A stretch of DNA of 64,000 bases from Thermoanaerobaculia bacterium. Lineage in GTDB: Bacteria; Acidobacteriota; Thermoanaerobaculia; Multivoradales; JAGPDF01. Below, piece by piece: positions 37,300 to 46,456 of the stretch (its first letter is position 1; the number at the start of each line of letters is the position of its first letter). The notes below the pieces were generated by a model. It worked only from the letters and a program-made list of their open reading frames with translations. It was not told where the DNA came from and ran no database searches. The translations under genes and the position numbers were made by a program. Where the stretch lies: the NCBI GenBank assembly GCA_018057705.1, contig JAGPDF010000011.1, positions 21,985 to 85,984 on the forward strand, in the 5' to 3' direction.

Positions 37300-38004
37300 A
37301 TGTCGACTGCGCCCCGCTCCACCGCCCGCGAGTACCTGGAAGCCCTGCTCATCGCGGCGGTCTTCCTGTTGTTCACGAACACCTTCGTGATCAAGACCTT
37401 CTTCATCCCGAGCGGATCGATGGAGGACACGCTTCTCGTGGGCGACCATCTGTTCGTGAACCGCTTCATTTTCGGACCGACAATGGGGAAGGTCGAGCAG
37501 GCGATCCTGCCGCTGCGCGTACCCCGGCGCGGCGACATCGTCGTTTTCCGCTCCCCTGAGCGCCCGAATATCGATCTCGTGAAGCGGCTGATCGGCCTGC
37601 CGGGCGACACCATCCAGGTCGTCGACAAGCAGCTCTTCGTCAACGGCAAGAAGGTCGTGGACGACGCCTACGTCGAGCACAAGGATCCCAGGATCTTCCA
37701 GAACCGGCCGTACATGTCCGAGCAGCAGCGCCTGCGCGACAACTTCGGACCGGTGACCGTTCCGGCCGCGAGTTACTTCTGCATGGGTGACAACCGCGAC
37801 CTGTCCTACGACTCCCGGTTCTGGGGCGTGGTGCCCGAGCACTACATCAAGGGCCGCGCCTTCCTCATCTACTGGTCGTTCGGGGGCGGAACTTCGGACG
37901 GCACCTGGCGTGGCGCCGGCGCGAAGCTGCGCGAGCTCGCCAACACCGCCCTCGGGTTCCTGACCAAGACCCGATGGACGCGCTCGTTCCACCTGCCGAG
38001 CTGA
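37300..38004 (+). CDS. lepB: Signal peptidase I
   Basis: 'IPSGSMEDTL', 'VKRLIGLPGD' and 'GDNRDLSYDSRFWG'. Confidence 0.9.
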   Translation: MSTAPRSTAREYLEALLIAAVFLLFTNTFVIKTFFIPSGSMEDTLLVGDHLFVNRFIFGPTMGKVEQAILPLRVPRRGDIVVFRSPERPNIDLVKRLIGLPGDTIQVVDKQLFVNGKKVVDDAYVEHKDPRIFQNRPYMSEQQRLRDNFGPVTVPAASYFCMGDNRDLSYDSRFWGVVPEHYIKGRAFLIYWSFGGGTSDGTWRGAGAKLRELANTALGFLTKTRWTRSFHLPS

Positions 38005-38519
38005 ACCGCGCCGGCGGCCTCCCGCCGCCGAGCACCGACGCCCCGGCGGTCGCCGGTGTCGCCCGGGTCGCCCGCATCGTTCTCGTCGCTCTGCTGCTCG
38101 CGCTCTTCGTGCGCGCCTTCCTGGTCGAAGTGGTCTCGATTCCGAGCCCGTCGATGCTCCCCACCCTCGAGCCCGGCGACCAGATCCTGGTGAACCGCTT
38201 CCTCTTCTCGGGCCCGCCGTCGGGTCTGCTGCCGCGGCGGCCTGTCCGCAGCGGCGACGTGGTGCTCTTCCGGCCGCCGTTCGACCCCCACCAGCATTTC
38301 GTGAAGCGTTGCGTCGGTGTCGCCGGCGACTGGCAAGGCGGCGGCGTCCTCGCGCCCGGCATGCTCTGGCTGGAGGGCGATGCCCGCGAACGCTCGCTCG
38401 ACTCCCGGCGCTTCGGGCCGGTGCCCGACAGTGCCGTCGAGGGGCGGGTGCTGGCCGTCCTCTGGTCGCGGTCCGGTACGGCAGCCGGACGGAGCCGGAT
38501 TCTCCGGCAGGTACGTTAG
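37974..38519 (+). CDS. Signal peptidase I (second paralog)
   Basis: 'IPSPSMLPTL', 'VKRCVGVAGD' and 'GDARERSLDSRRFG'. It overlaps the first lepB by 31 nt. Confidence 0.8.
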   Translation: MDALVPPAELNRAGGLPPPSTDAPAVAGVARVARIVLVALLLALFVRAFLVEVVSIPSPSMLPTLEPGDQILVNRFLFSGPPSGLLPRRPVRSGDVVLFRPPFDPHQHFVKRCVGVAGDWQGGGVLAPGMLWLEGDARERSLDSRRFGPVPDSAVEGRVLAVLWSRSGTAAGRSRILRQVR

Positions 38520-38560
38520 ACTGATGGCCGGCTCAGCGGTCCGCAGGAGGAGGATTTTCG

Positions 38561-38929
38561 ATGACGCGACGTCAGAACCAGGCGGGTGACAGCAAGGTCG
38601 GTTGCATCCTTTGGGGCCTCCTGCTCGCCGCCGGCATCATGGTCGGCTGGAAGGCCATTCCGGTCAAGATCGCGACCTCCGAGCTCTACGACTTCATGGT
38701 CGAGCAGGCGAAGTGGGCCGGCAACACACCCGCCGAGACGATCGAGAAGCGCATCGTCAGCAAGGCGAACGAGCTCGACCTGCCGGTCGATGCCAAGTTC
38801 GTCAAGGTGGAGAAGCCCGGCGACAAGGTCCGCATGAGCGCCGAATTCACCGTGCCGCTCGAGTTCCCGGGCTACACCTACGAATGGGAGTTCGATCTGC
38901 AGGTGGATCGCCCGATCTTCATCTGGTAG
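38561..38929 (+). CDS. Membrane-anchored hypothetical protein (DUF4845-like architecture, inferred)
   Basis: One N-terminal TM ('CILWGLLLAAGIMVGW') and a ~90-aa soluble domain. Codon usage is coding-like. Confidence 0.55.
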   Translation: MTRRQNQAGDSKVGCILWGLLLAAGIMVGWKAIPVKIATSELYDFMVEQAKWAGNTPAETIEKRIVSKANELDLPVDAKFVKVEKPGDKVRMSAEFTVPLEFPGYTYEWEFDLQVDRPIFIW

Positions 38930-38958
38930 CGAGCGGCCTCCCGGTCCGGCGTCTCGAC

Positions 38959-39660
38959 ATGGCCTATACCCGACCCCTCGACGCCGTCGAAGTGCGCATT
39001 CTGGGGGCGCTCATGGAGAAGGAGCGCACGACTCCCGATCTCTACCCGCTCACGGTGAGCGCACTTCTCCAGGCCTGCAACCAGAAGACCAGCCGCGACC
39101 CGGTCACCGACTACTCCGAGACCGACGTCGTCACCGCGCTCGACCGGCTGCGCGCCGACGCGCTCGTCTTTCGCGTCCACAGCAGCCGGAGCGAGCGCTA
39201 CGAGCACTGTCTCGATCGCCGTTGGCATCTCGACACCGGCGGCGCCGCTGCGGTCGTGGCGATGCTCCTGCTGCGCGGCGCACAGACCGTAGCGGAGCTC
39301 CGGGCGCGCACCGCGCGGCTGCATCCGTTCGCCACCGCGGGTGAGGTCGAGGCAGCGCTCGCGCGCCTCGCCGACGGCCCCGACGCGCTCACCCGCGAGC
39401 TGCCGCGACAGCCCGGGCAGCGCGAAACCCGCTGGATCCATTTAGCCGGCACCGAAGAGGTGCAGCGCAACCAGCTGGCGGGCGTGCACGCGCAGCCGCC
39501 GCACTTCGCGCCGGAGAGCCAACCCGATTCGCGGACGGCCGCGACGGCCGTCGTCGCTTCGGAAAGGCCAGCGCTGGAGGAGCGACTCGCGCGGCTCGAA
39601 ACGGCAGTGGCCGAGCTCAGCGCGGCGATGACCGAGCTGCGGACGCGGCTCGGCGAGTAG
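38959..39660 (+). CDS. YceH-family protein (DUF480/UPF0502)
   Basis: ATG at 38959. 'LDAVEVRILGALMEKERTTPDLYPLTVSALLQACNQKTSRDPV' and 'LLLRGAQTVAELRART' align with E. coli YceH. A C-terminal coiled coil is present. Confidence 0.8.
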   Translation: MAYTRPLDAVEVRILGALMEKERTTPDLYPLTVSALLQACNQKTSRDPVTDYSETDVVTALDRLRADALVFRVHSSRSERYEHCLDRRWHLDTGGAAAVVAMLLLRGAQTVAELRARTARLHPFATAGEVEAALARLADGPDALTRELPRQPGQRETRWIHLAGTEEVQRNQLAGVHAQPPHFAPESQPDSRTAATAVVASERPALEERLARLETAVAELSAAMTELRTRLGE

Positions 39661-39684
39661 TCTTCCCTTCGAGCAGGATCGGCA

Positions 39685-39886
39685 AGCCCGCATTTCTCAC
39701 CAGCTTTCGTCGCGAGGCGTCGCATATGCCCGCGGCTGCAAGGCGTCGCGACCGAGGTGCGCGCAGGCGGGCCGGTCGGCCCGTCGAGCACGCGGGGCAC
39801 CCGTCCGGTGGACGGGTCGTGAGCGCAACGCAGCAGACGCGGGCAGGTGCGGCGCCGCAGTAGGAAGTTGGTGAGAAATGCGGGCT
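39685..39886. repeat. ~200-bp imperfect palindrome (MITE-like element or long-hairpin RNA gene)
   Basis: The termini AGCCCGCATTTCTCACCAGCTT (39685-39706) and AAGTTGGTGAGAAATGCGGGCT (39865-39886) are 21/22 complementary. The arms continue inward; for example 39722-39739 versus 39833-39850 is 15/18. The right end overlaps the pyrF stop codon. Confidence 0.6.
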
Positions 39887-40640
39887 AGTAGCGCGCGGAG
39901 CGCGAGCTGCCGGCGAGCTCGCTCGTCAGTGCGACGAGCGCGGCCTCGGGATCCGCCGCCTGGGTGAGCGGCCGGCCGATGACGATCAGGTCGGCGCCGG
40001 TGGCGATCGCCGTCGCCGCGGTCGCGGTTCGGCGCTGATCGTCGCTGGTGCTGGAGCCAGGGGAGCCATGCCCGGCCGGCCGGATTCCCGGAGCCACCAG
40101 CTTGAACGGTCGCGTTTCGGCCGCCCGCAGCGCCGCGAGCTCGAGCGGCGAGCAGACGACGCCCGCAGCGCCGGCGGCGCGCGCGAGGTGCGCCCAGAGC
40201 AGGACACGGTGCGAGCTGCCGCCCGGCATGTCGAGGAGCTCGAGGGTCGCCTCGTCGAGGTGGGTGAGGACGGTCACCGCCAGCATCGCCACCCGGCCAT
40301 CGGCGGCTTCGACGGCCGCCGCGATCATCGCCGGGCCACCGGCGGCGTGGAGGGTCAGATAGTCGACGTCGAGCTCGCGCGCCGAGCGCACCGCGCCGGC
40401 CACGGTGTTGGGGATGTCGTGGAGCTTCAAGTCGAGGAAGATGGCCCGCGCGTGCCGGCGGGCGATCTCGACCGCCGGCGGCCCCCAGCGCACGTAAGCT
40501 TCGAGACCGACCTTGAGGACACCCACCCGCGGGCCGAAAAAAGCGCACCAGCGCTCGAAGGTGGCGCGATCGTTGGTATCGAGCGCGACGGCGACCTGAT
40601 CCAGCCCGCGCGCTTGAAGATCTCCAGCTGTCGTGCTCAT
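39885..40640 (-). CDS. pyrF: Orotidine-5'-phosphate decarboxylase
   Basis: ATG at 40640. 'VAVALDT', 'LKVGLEAY', 'IFLDLKLHDIPNTV' and 'LIVIGRPLT'. ATGA overlap with pyrD. Confidence 0.9.
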   Translation of the reverse strand: MSTTAGDLQARGLDQVAVALDTNDRATFERWCAFFGPRVGVLKVGLEAYVRWGPPAVEIARRHARAIFLDLKLHDIPNTVAGAVRSARELDVDYLTLHAAGGPAMIAAAVEAADGRVAMLAVTVLTHLDEATLELLDMPGGSSHRVLLWAHLARAAGAAGVVCSPLELAALRAAETRPFKLVAPGIRPAGHGSPGSSTSDDQRRTATAATAIATGADLIVIGRPLTQAADPEAALVALTSELAGSSRSARY

Positions 40641-41602
40641 GTCTCCCTCCATGGGCGCACCCCGCCGACCAGTTCGCTGACGCGATCCACCTTCATCTCG
40701 ACGAGCCGCGCCGCGAGGCCGTCCACCAGCTGCTCGGCGGCGCGGGGGTTGCGGAAGAGAGCCGTGCCCACCTGCACGGCCGACGCCCCGGCGAGCAGGA
40801 ACTCGATCACGTCGTCGACCGTCTCGACGCCGCCGATACCGATGACCGGCAGCCCGACCTTCTTCGCCACGTCGTAGACGATGCGCACCGCGATCGGCTT
40901 GATTGCCGGGCCCGAGAGTCCGCCGCGCGTGGTGTGCAGGCGCGGCCGCCGGGTCCAGGGGTCGATCGCCATGCCGAGCACCGTGTTGATTGCCGAGAGG
41001 ATATCGGCACCACCGGCCTTCGCCGCCTCCCCGATCGCCACCGGCGAGGTCACGTTCGGCGACAGCTTCACGGCGATCGGTTTGCCGGTCACGTTGCGGA
41101 CGCTGCGCACCAGGCGCTCGAGGAGCACCGGGTCGTGGCCGAACTCGATGCCGCCCTTGGTGACGTTCGGGCACGAGACGTTCAGCTCCACCGCCGCGAC
41201 GCCGGCAAAGGCATCGACGCGCTCGGCCAGCCGGGCATAGTCGTCGAACTCGTAGCCGAAGAGGTTGACCACGACCTGCGCCGGGAAACGACCGAGGCCG
41301 GGCAGCACTTCGGCCAGGAACTTCTCGATGCCGATGTTCTGCAGACCGATCGAGTTCAGCATGCCGCCGCGCGGTTCGCCGATGCGCGGCGGCGGGTTGC
41401 CCTTGAGGGGTTCGAGCGAGAGTCCCTTGGTGACGATGCCACCCAGGCGGTCGAGCGCCGCGAGGTGCCCGAACTCGAGCCCGTAGCCGAAGGTGCCGCT
41501 CGCGGTGAGAATCGGATTCGGCAGCGCGAGCCCGGCCAACCGGACAGAGAGGTCCGGCGCGCGCTGCGCCGGGCCGGCGGCGGAGGTCTCCTGCCCGCTC
41601 AC
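40637..41602 (-). CDS. pyrD: Dihydroorotate dehydrogenase B, catalytic subunit
   Basis: GTG at 41602 overlaps the pyrK TGA (GTGA). 'NPILTASGTFGYG', 'GGIVTKG', 'NSIGLQN', 'ELNVSCPN' and 'GGLSGPAIKPIA'. Confidence 0.88.
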   Translation of the reverse strand: MSGQETSAAGPAQRAPDLSVRLAGLALPNPILTASGTFGYGLEFGHLAALDRLGGIVTKGLSLEPLKGNPPPRIGEPRGGMLNSIGLQNIGIEKFLAEVLPGLGRFPAQVVVNLFGYEFDDYARLAERVDAFAGVAAVELNVSCPNVTKGGIEFGHDPVLLERLVRSVRNVTGKPIAVKLSPNVTSPVAIGEAAKAGGADILSAINTVLGMAIDPWTRRPRLHTTRGGLSGPAIKPIAVRIVYDVAKKVGLPVIGIGGVETVDDVIEFLLAGASAVQVGTALFRNPRAAEQLVDGLAARLVEMKVDRVSELVGGVRPWRET

Positions 41603-42447
41603 CACTTCACCGCGTCGAAGGGGAAGACCGGTCCGTCCTTGCAGCACAGCGCGTAACTCCCGCTGGTGAGCTCGACGGCGCAGCCGAGGCAGGCGCCGAA
41701 GCCGCAACCCATCGGCGTCTCGAGCGCCGCCTCGCCGGGCACGCCATGTTCGGCGCCCATCTCGGCGAGCCGCTTCATCAGCCCCATCGGGCCACAGGTG
41801 AAGATCTTGCGGTACCTTCCGGCTTCGAGATCGGGAGCGAGCGCCGCGGTGACCAGGCCGCGCTCGCCGGCGCTGCCGTCTTCCGTCGTGGCGATCAGGC
41901 GCCCGCCGCTGGCGCGAGCCAGCTCCTCGAAGGCGCTGCGGCGCGCGAGATCGACGCTCGAGCGTCCGCCGTAGTAGAAGTCGAAGACCGCACCCTCGGC
42001 GAGGAGACGCCGACCGAGCAGCAGGAGCGGTGCCGAGCCCACGCCGCCGGCAACGAGCGCCACCGGCCGCCGGTCCACGTTGTTGCTGCCGGGGAGAGTT
42101 TCCGCGGTGTCCGAGGAACTGGCGCCCGCTGTGGGGCCGAACGCCTTGCCGAGCGGACCCAGCACGGCAACGCGATCTCCCGGACGCCGGGCGGCGAGAG
42201 CGCGGGTTCCCGGGCCGACGATCTTCACCAGCAGTTCGATCCGCGCCCCGCAATCTGTTTTACTTACGTCGTGAACCGAGAGGGCGCGGCGCAGGTAGGG
42301 CTCCAGACCTTCGGCGGTCTCTACCATGACGAACTGCCCGGCGGCGATCTCGCGCCACTCTTCCGGCCCATCCAGTACGATCGAATAGTAGGGCAGCGGG
42401 TGGGGGACGATCTCGACGACCTGGGCGTGGGTATCGATGGGCTGCAT
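41599..42447 (-). CDS. pyrK: Dihydroorotate dehydrogenase electron-transfer subunit
   Basis: ATG at 42447. 'GQFVMV', 'RRALSV', 'VAGGVGSAPL' and the 2Fe-2S motif 'CGFGACLGCAV..CCKDGPVF'. Confidence 0.85.
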   Translation of the reverse strand: MQPIDTHAQVVEIVPHPLPYYSIVLDGPEEWREIAAGQFVMVETAEGLEPYLRRALSVHDVSKTDCGARIELLVKIVGPGTRALAARRPGDRVAVLGPLGKAFGPTAGASSSDTAETLPGSNNVDRRPVALVAGGVGSAPLLLLGRRLLAEGAVFDFYYGGRSSVDLARRSAFEELARASGGRLIATTEDGSAGERGLVTAALAPDLEAGRYRKIFTCGPMGLMKRLAEMGAEHGVPGEAALETPMGCGFGACLGCAVELTSGSYALCCKDGPVFPFDAVKW

Positions 42448-42509
42448 TCGAGGCCTCGACTCTAGCAAACGAACCCGCGTCCGATCGCCCACCACCGAGA
42501 ACAGAATCC

Positions 42510-44354
42510 GTGCAACGCGACCCTCTCCTCCCGCCAGAAGCACCGCGCCCTGTCGGCGCGGCCGCGCTCTGGCCGCTGCCGCCCCGGATCGAGGCGGTTT
42601 CTGCCGCGCTGCTGCCGGCCCTCCTCGCCGGTTTTCATCTCGCCGGGTTGCTCTACTTCCTGAACCCGCATCTCGCACCGTCGGTCCCGGGATATGTGCA
42701 GGGCGCTCTGCGCCTCGGCGCGCTGCTCGCGCCGCTCTCGCTCGCCGCCCATTGGTTGGGGACCCAGCTGCGCAACGTGCGCGTCCGGCGCCTGCTGCCC
42801 TGGAGCCTGACCGTGGTGCTGGGCGCCGCGGCGCTCGCCGACTGGGTGCACGCTTCGCACTACTCCTTCTACCTTCCGCCCGGAATCAACGCCAATCTGA
42901 TCCGCGTCGCACTCTGGCTCTCTCTGGCTTCGATCCTGGCCTTCTACACCGCCCTGCTGCACACCGTGCATCATCGGCGCTACGGAACCCGCAGCGTCGT
43001 GCTGCTCGTCACGGTCGTCGCCCTCGGCCTCTATGTCGTCGTCGACCGCCGCGCGAGCTACGAGCCCGTGGCGGCGCAGCCGGCTGCCTTCGCCCGGCCG
43101 CTCGCCGCGCCGGCGGCGCCGCATCTGCTGGTCGTCGGCATCGAAGGCGCGACCCTCGACGTGCTGCTCCCCCTGGCGCGCCAGGGACGCCTCCCCTTTT
43201 TCGCCACCCTCTTCGACGAGGGCAGCTACGCCCGCCTCGAGAGTTTCGCGCCGGTGCGGCCGCTCGGTCTCGGCGCCAGTCTCGCCTCCGGCAAGCTCCC
43301 CTTTCGCCACGCTCTGGCGGGCCCGACGCTGCTCGAAGCGTCCTGGCTGGGAGAAGACGGCGAGCTGCGGCTGCTGCCGCTCGGCTTCTCCGCACTGGGA
43401 CTCGATCGGCTGCTGGGGGAGCACCGTCCCGTCGCGAGCGCCGACCGGAGAGTGCGGACGATCTGGGAGATTCTCGATCGGCTCGGCCGGCAGACCGCCG
43501 TCATCGGCGTCCCCGAGGCGCTGCTCGCCCCTGCCGGCGGCGCGGCCCAGGCTTCGGACGCCCTCTTTCGCGGCGCCGCTGCGGCTACGGCGGCGCGCCC
43601 CGAGGACTTCGCGGGGCGGCTCGAGCTGCTGCGCGGCGCGTCGGCGGGGCACCTCGAGCCGCCGGCGCGCGCTGCGCGCGCTCCGCTTCATCCTGCCTCC
43701 CCTGCGGTCGCGACGACCCCGCCCGACCCCGGTCGCTCTCCGGCAGAGACGCTCGCCGCGGCGCGCGCCCAGGACGCCTGGCGCGCCGCCGTGGCCGCCT
43801 CGCTGCTCGCCGACTCGAGCCCACCGGCGGCCCTCTTCCTCGACCTTCCGGGTCTGGTCGAAGTCGAGCTCCTGACGCTGGGCGGCTTCCATTCGGCCGA
43901 AATGGGCGGCTCGCGGGCGGGAGCCGACCGCCGGGCCGCAGCCGCACTCACCGACTACATGGCCTTTCTCGACGCCAAGCTCGCCGAGCTCTGGGCGCGA
44001 CTTCCCGAGCCGCGCCTGCTCGCCGTGGTCTCGGCCTACGGCGTGGCCCCGCCTTCGGGAGTAGGGCGGGTGTTGGGGGAGGTCTGGCGTGCCCGCCGCA
44101 TCAGCGGGACACTCGTCGGCGGACCCGACGGCACGCTGCTGCTGCGGGGCGAAGGGATTCGCCGCGGTGAGGGGCTCGCGACGGCGCGCATCGTGGATCT
44201 CGTACCGACCCTGCTCTACGCCGCACGGCTGCCGATCGCTCGCGACTTCGACGGCCGCGTGCTGACCGAAGCGTTCGAGCCGGCACTGCTGCAGAGCGTG
44301 CCGCTCACCTTCCTGCAGAGTTACGAGGACCTGCCGTCGCCGAACGAGCGCTAG
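42510..44354 (+). CDS. Membrane-anchored alkaline-phosphatase-superfamily protein (type I phosphodiesterase/nucleotide pyrophosphatase-like)
   Basis: GTG start. About 5 N-terminal TM helices precede 'LLVVGIEGATLDVLLPLARQGRLPFFATL' and a C-terminal 'VVSAYG'/'DGTLLLRGEGI' region typical of this family. Confidence 0.55.
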   Translation: MQRDPLLPPEAPRPVGAAALWPLPPRIEAVSAALLPALLAGFHLAGLLYFLNPHLAPSVPGYVQGALRLGALLAPLSLAAHWLGTQLRNVRVRRLLPWSLTVVLGAAALADWVHASHYSFYLPPGINANLIRVALWLSLASILAFYTALLHTVHHRRYGTRSVVLLVTVVALGLYVVVDRRASYEPVAAQPAAFARPLAAPAAPHLLVVGIEGATLDVLLPLARQGRLPFFATLFDEGSYARLESFAPVRPLGLGASLASGKLPFRHALAGPTLLEASWLGEDGELRLLPLGFSALGLDRLLGEHRPVASADRRVRTIWEILDRLGRQTAVIGVPEALLAPAGGAAQASDALFRGAAAATAARPEDFAGRLELLRGASAGHLEPPARAARAPLHPASPAVATTPPDPGRSPAETLAAARAQDAWRAAVAASLLADSSPPAALFLDLPGLVEVELLTLGGFHSAEMGGSRAGADRRAAAALTDYMAFLDAKLAELWARLPEPRLLAVVSAYGVAPPSGVGRVLGEVWRARRISGTLVGGPDGTLLLRGEGIRRGEGLATARIVDLVPTLLYAARLPIARDFDGRVLTEAFEPALLQSVPLTFLQSYEDLPSPNER

Positions 44355-44394
44355 CGCTCGCCCGCGGTGCGCTACGGCTCGGCCGCCGCGGAAA

Positions 44395-44829
44395 TCAGGG
44401 CTTCGCGGGGATCCTGCCGACCACCTTGGCGGAGCCGGGCGGCAACGACGCGGCCGGAGCTTCGCCGGGCGTGTTCTCCGCCGCTTCGACCTTCATCGAG
44501 CTTCGCCCCTCGAGAATGCCGCCCTCTTCGATGATCAGCGCCTTGGCGTGGACCGTGCCTTCGACCCGCCCGTGCGGGTGAATCGAGAGACGTCGCGACG
44601 CGAAGACCTCGCCTTTCACCAGCCCCGAGACGAACAGCCGGCCGACACGAATCTCGCCATCGATCTCGCCGCGCTCGCCGACCACCAGATCGCCGTCCGA
44701 GACCACCTTGCCGACCACCTTGCCGTCGACGCGGAACGACTGCTCGAACTTGAGCTCGCCTTCGAAATGGCTGCCGACATCGAGGAAGCCGGAGAGATCC
44801 CCAGGGGAGGACTTGCCGCGAAAGTTCAT
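44395..44829 (-). CDS. Bactofilin (polymer-forming cytoskeletal protein)
   Basis: It shows the repetitive beta-helix pattern 'FEGELKFEQSFRVDGKVVGKVVSDGDLVVGERGEIDGEIRVGRLFVSGLVKGEV'. ATGA overlap with the parB stop. Confidence 0.8.
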   Translation of the reverse strand: MNFRGKSSPGDLSGFLDVGSHFEGELKFEQSFRVDGKVVGKVVSDGDLVVGERGEIDGEIRVGRLFVSGLVKGEVFASRRLSIHPHGRVEGTVHAKALIIEEGGILEGRSSMKVEAAENTPGEAPAASLPPGSAKVVGRIPAKP

Positions 44830-45701
44830 TTCCCATCTCCTGTCGGTCCGGTCGGTCCGGTCGTTTGTGTGATCCGCTCGTAGATGCGGATCAACTCCTC
44901 TTCTGAATGAAAGTGAATTCGAATCGTACCGCCTTTGCCGCGCCGGTCGATCTCGACCCGGGTCTGCAGCTTCTGGGTGAGGCGCTCGGCGGCCGCCGCA
45001 GCGTGCGGCTCGGGGCTCTTTTTCGCAGCCTTGGCGCCTTTCGCTCCCGGACGCTTGCCGCTCGCGAGCTCCTCCATGCTGCGCGCCGACAGGCCCTCGT
45101 GCAGGGCGCGCTCGGCCAGCTCCTGCTGGCGTTCGGGATCGGTGATGCCCAGGAGTGGCCGAACCTGCCCGGCGGTGAGCCGCCCGGAGCGCAGAAAGTC
45201 CTGGATCGCCGCCGGAAGCTTCAGCAGGCGCAGGGTATTGGTGACGGCCGGTCGCCCCTTGCCGACCCGGGTCGCGATCTCCTCCTGCGACAGATTGAAG
45301 TTCTCCTGGAGCGTCCGGTAGGCCTCGGCCTCTTCCATCGGGTTCAAGTCAGAACGCTGCAGGTTCTCGACCAGGGCGAGCTCGAGCATCTCGCGGTCAT
45401 CGCGCACCTGGCGGATCACCACAGGCACGATCGTGAGCCCGGCGCGCTGCGCCGCGCGCCACCGCCGCTCGCCGGCGACGATCGTATAAGTCCCTTTTCC
45501 TGTTGGACTTACAATTAGCGGTTGGATGAGTCCCTGGGTCCGGATCGAAGCCGCCAGCTCTTCGAGCCGGGAATCGTCGAACTCGGTCCGCGGTTGCAGA
45601 CGATTGGGGTGGATCTGGCTGATGGGGAGGGTGCGCGCATCCTCCTCTGTCGCAATCAAGGCGGAAAGACCGCGTCCGAGCCCGCGCTTCTTGTCGTTCA
45701 T
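44826..45701 (-). CDS. parB: Chromosome partitioning protein ParB
   Basis: 'KKRGLGRGLSALI', 'IQPLIV', 'IVAGERRWRAA' and an HTH. Confidence 0.92.
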   Translation of the reverse strand: MNDKKRGLGRGLSALIATEEDARTLPISQIHPNRLQPRTEFDDSRLEELAASIRTQGLIQPLIVSPTGKGTYTIVAGERRWRAAQRAGLTIVPVVIRQVRDDREMLELALVENLQRSDLNPMEEAEAYRTLQENFNLSQEEIATRVGKGRPAVTNTLRLLKLPAAIQDFLRSGRLTAGQVRPLLGITDPERQQELAERALHEGLSARSMEELASGKRPGAKGAKAAKKSPEPHAAAAAERLTQKLQTRVEIDRRGKGGTIRIHFHSEEELIRIYERITQTTGPTGPTGDGK

Positions 45702-46456
45702 CTGGATCGCCTCAAGAGCTCCCTCGCCACGGCCAGATAGGCTTCCGCCCCCCGGCTCTTGATGTCGTACTGCAGGATGGAAAGACCGTGACTCGGCGCT
45801 TCGGCGAGCCGCACGTTCCTCGGCACGACCGCCTCGAAGACCTTCCCCGGGAAGTGCTCCCGGACCTCGCGCTCGACGTCGCGCGTGAGCTTCATTCGAT
45901 CGTCATACATGGTGAGCAGGATGCCGGCAACTTCGAGCCTGGGATTGAGAGCGCTGGTCACCCGCCGGATCGTGGACAGCAGCTCGCTCATCCCTTCGAG
46001 TGCGAAGTACTCGCACTGCAGCGGCACGAGGACGCCCGTCGCTGCCACCAGCGCCTGGATGGTCAGGTGGCCGAGCGATGGCGGACAGTCGAACAGGATG
46101 AAGTCGTAGCGCTCGCTGACCGTCGCGAGCCGCTGGCGCAGGACCGTCTCCCAGCCTTCGAACCCGACGAACTCGACTTCGGCGCCGACCAGGTCGCGGT
46201 CGGCGGGCAGAAGGTCGAGGAACGGAAATCCGGTCGTCAGGATGGCCGACTCGATCGGACTCTCCCCCACCAGGACATGGTAGAGGTGCGGTGAGCGTGC
46301 GGTCTGGCCGAGTCCGCGGGTGGCATTGCCCTGCGGGTCCGCGTCGACCAGTAGGACGCGCTTCTCGAGCGCCGCCAGGCCGGCGGCGAGGCTGATCGCG
46401 GTGGTGGTTTTTCCGACCCCGCCCTTCTGATTGGCGATGGCGAAGATCTCGGTCAT
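45698..46456 (-). CDS. parA: Chromosome partitioning ATPase ParA/Soj
   Basis: ATG at 46456. The deviant Walker A is 'IANQKGGVGKTTTA'. 'LLVDADPQGNAT' is present. There are 4-nt overlaps on both sides. Confidence 0.92.
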   Translation of the reverse strand: MTEIFAIANQKGGVGKTTTAISLAAGLAALEKRVLLVDADPQGNATRGLGQTARSPHLYHVLVGESPIESAILTTGFPFLDLLPADRDLVGAEVEFVGFEGWETVLRQRLATVSERYDFILFDCPPSLGHLTIQALVAATGVLVPLQCEYFALEGMSELLSTIRRVTSALNPRLEVAGILLTMYDDRMKLTRDVEREVREHFPGKVFEAVVPRNVRLAEAPSHGLSILQYDIKSRGAEAYLAVARELLRRSR

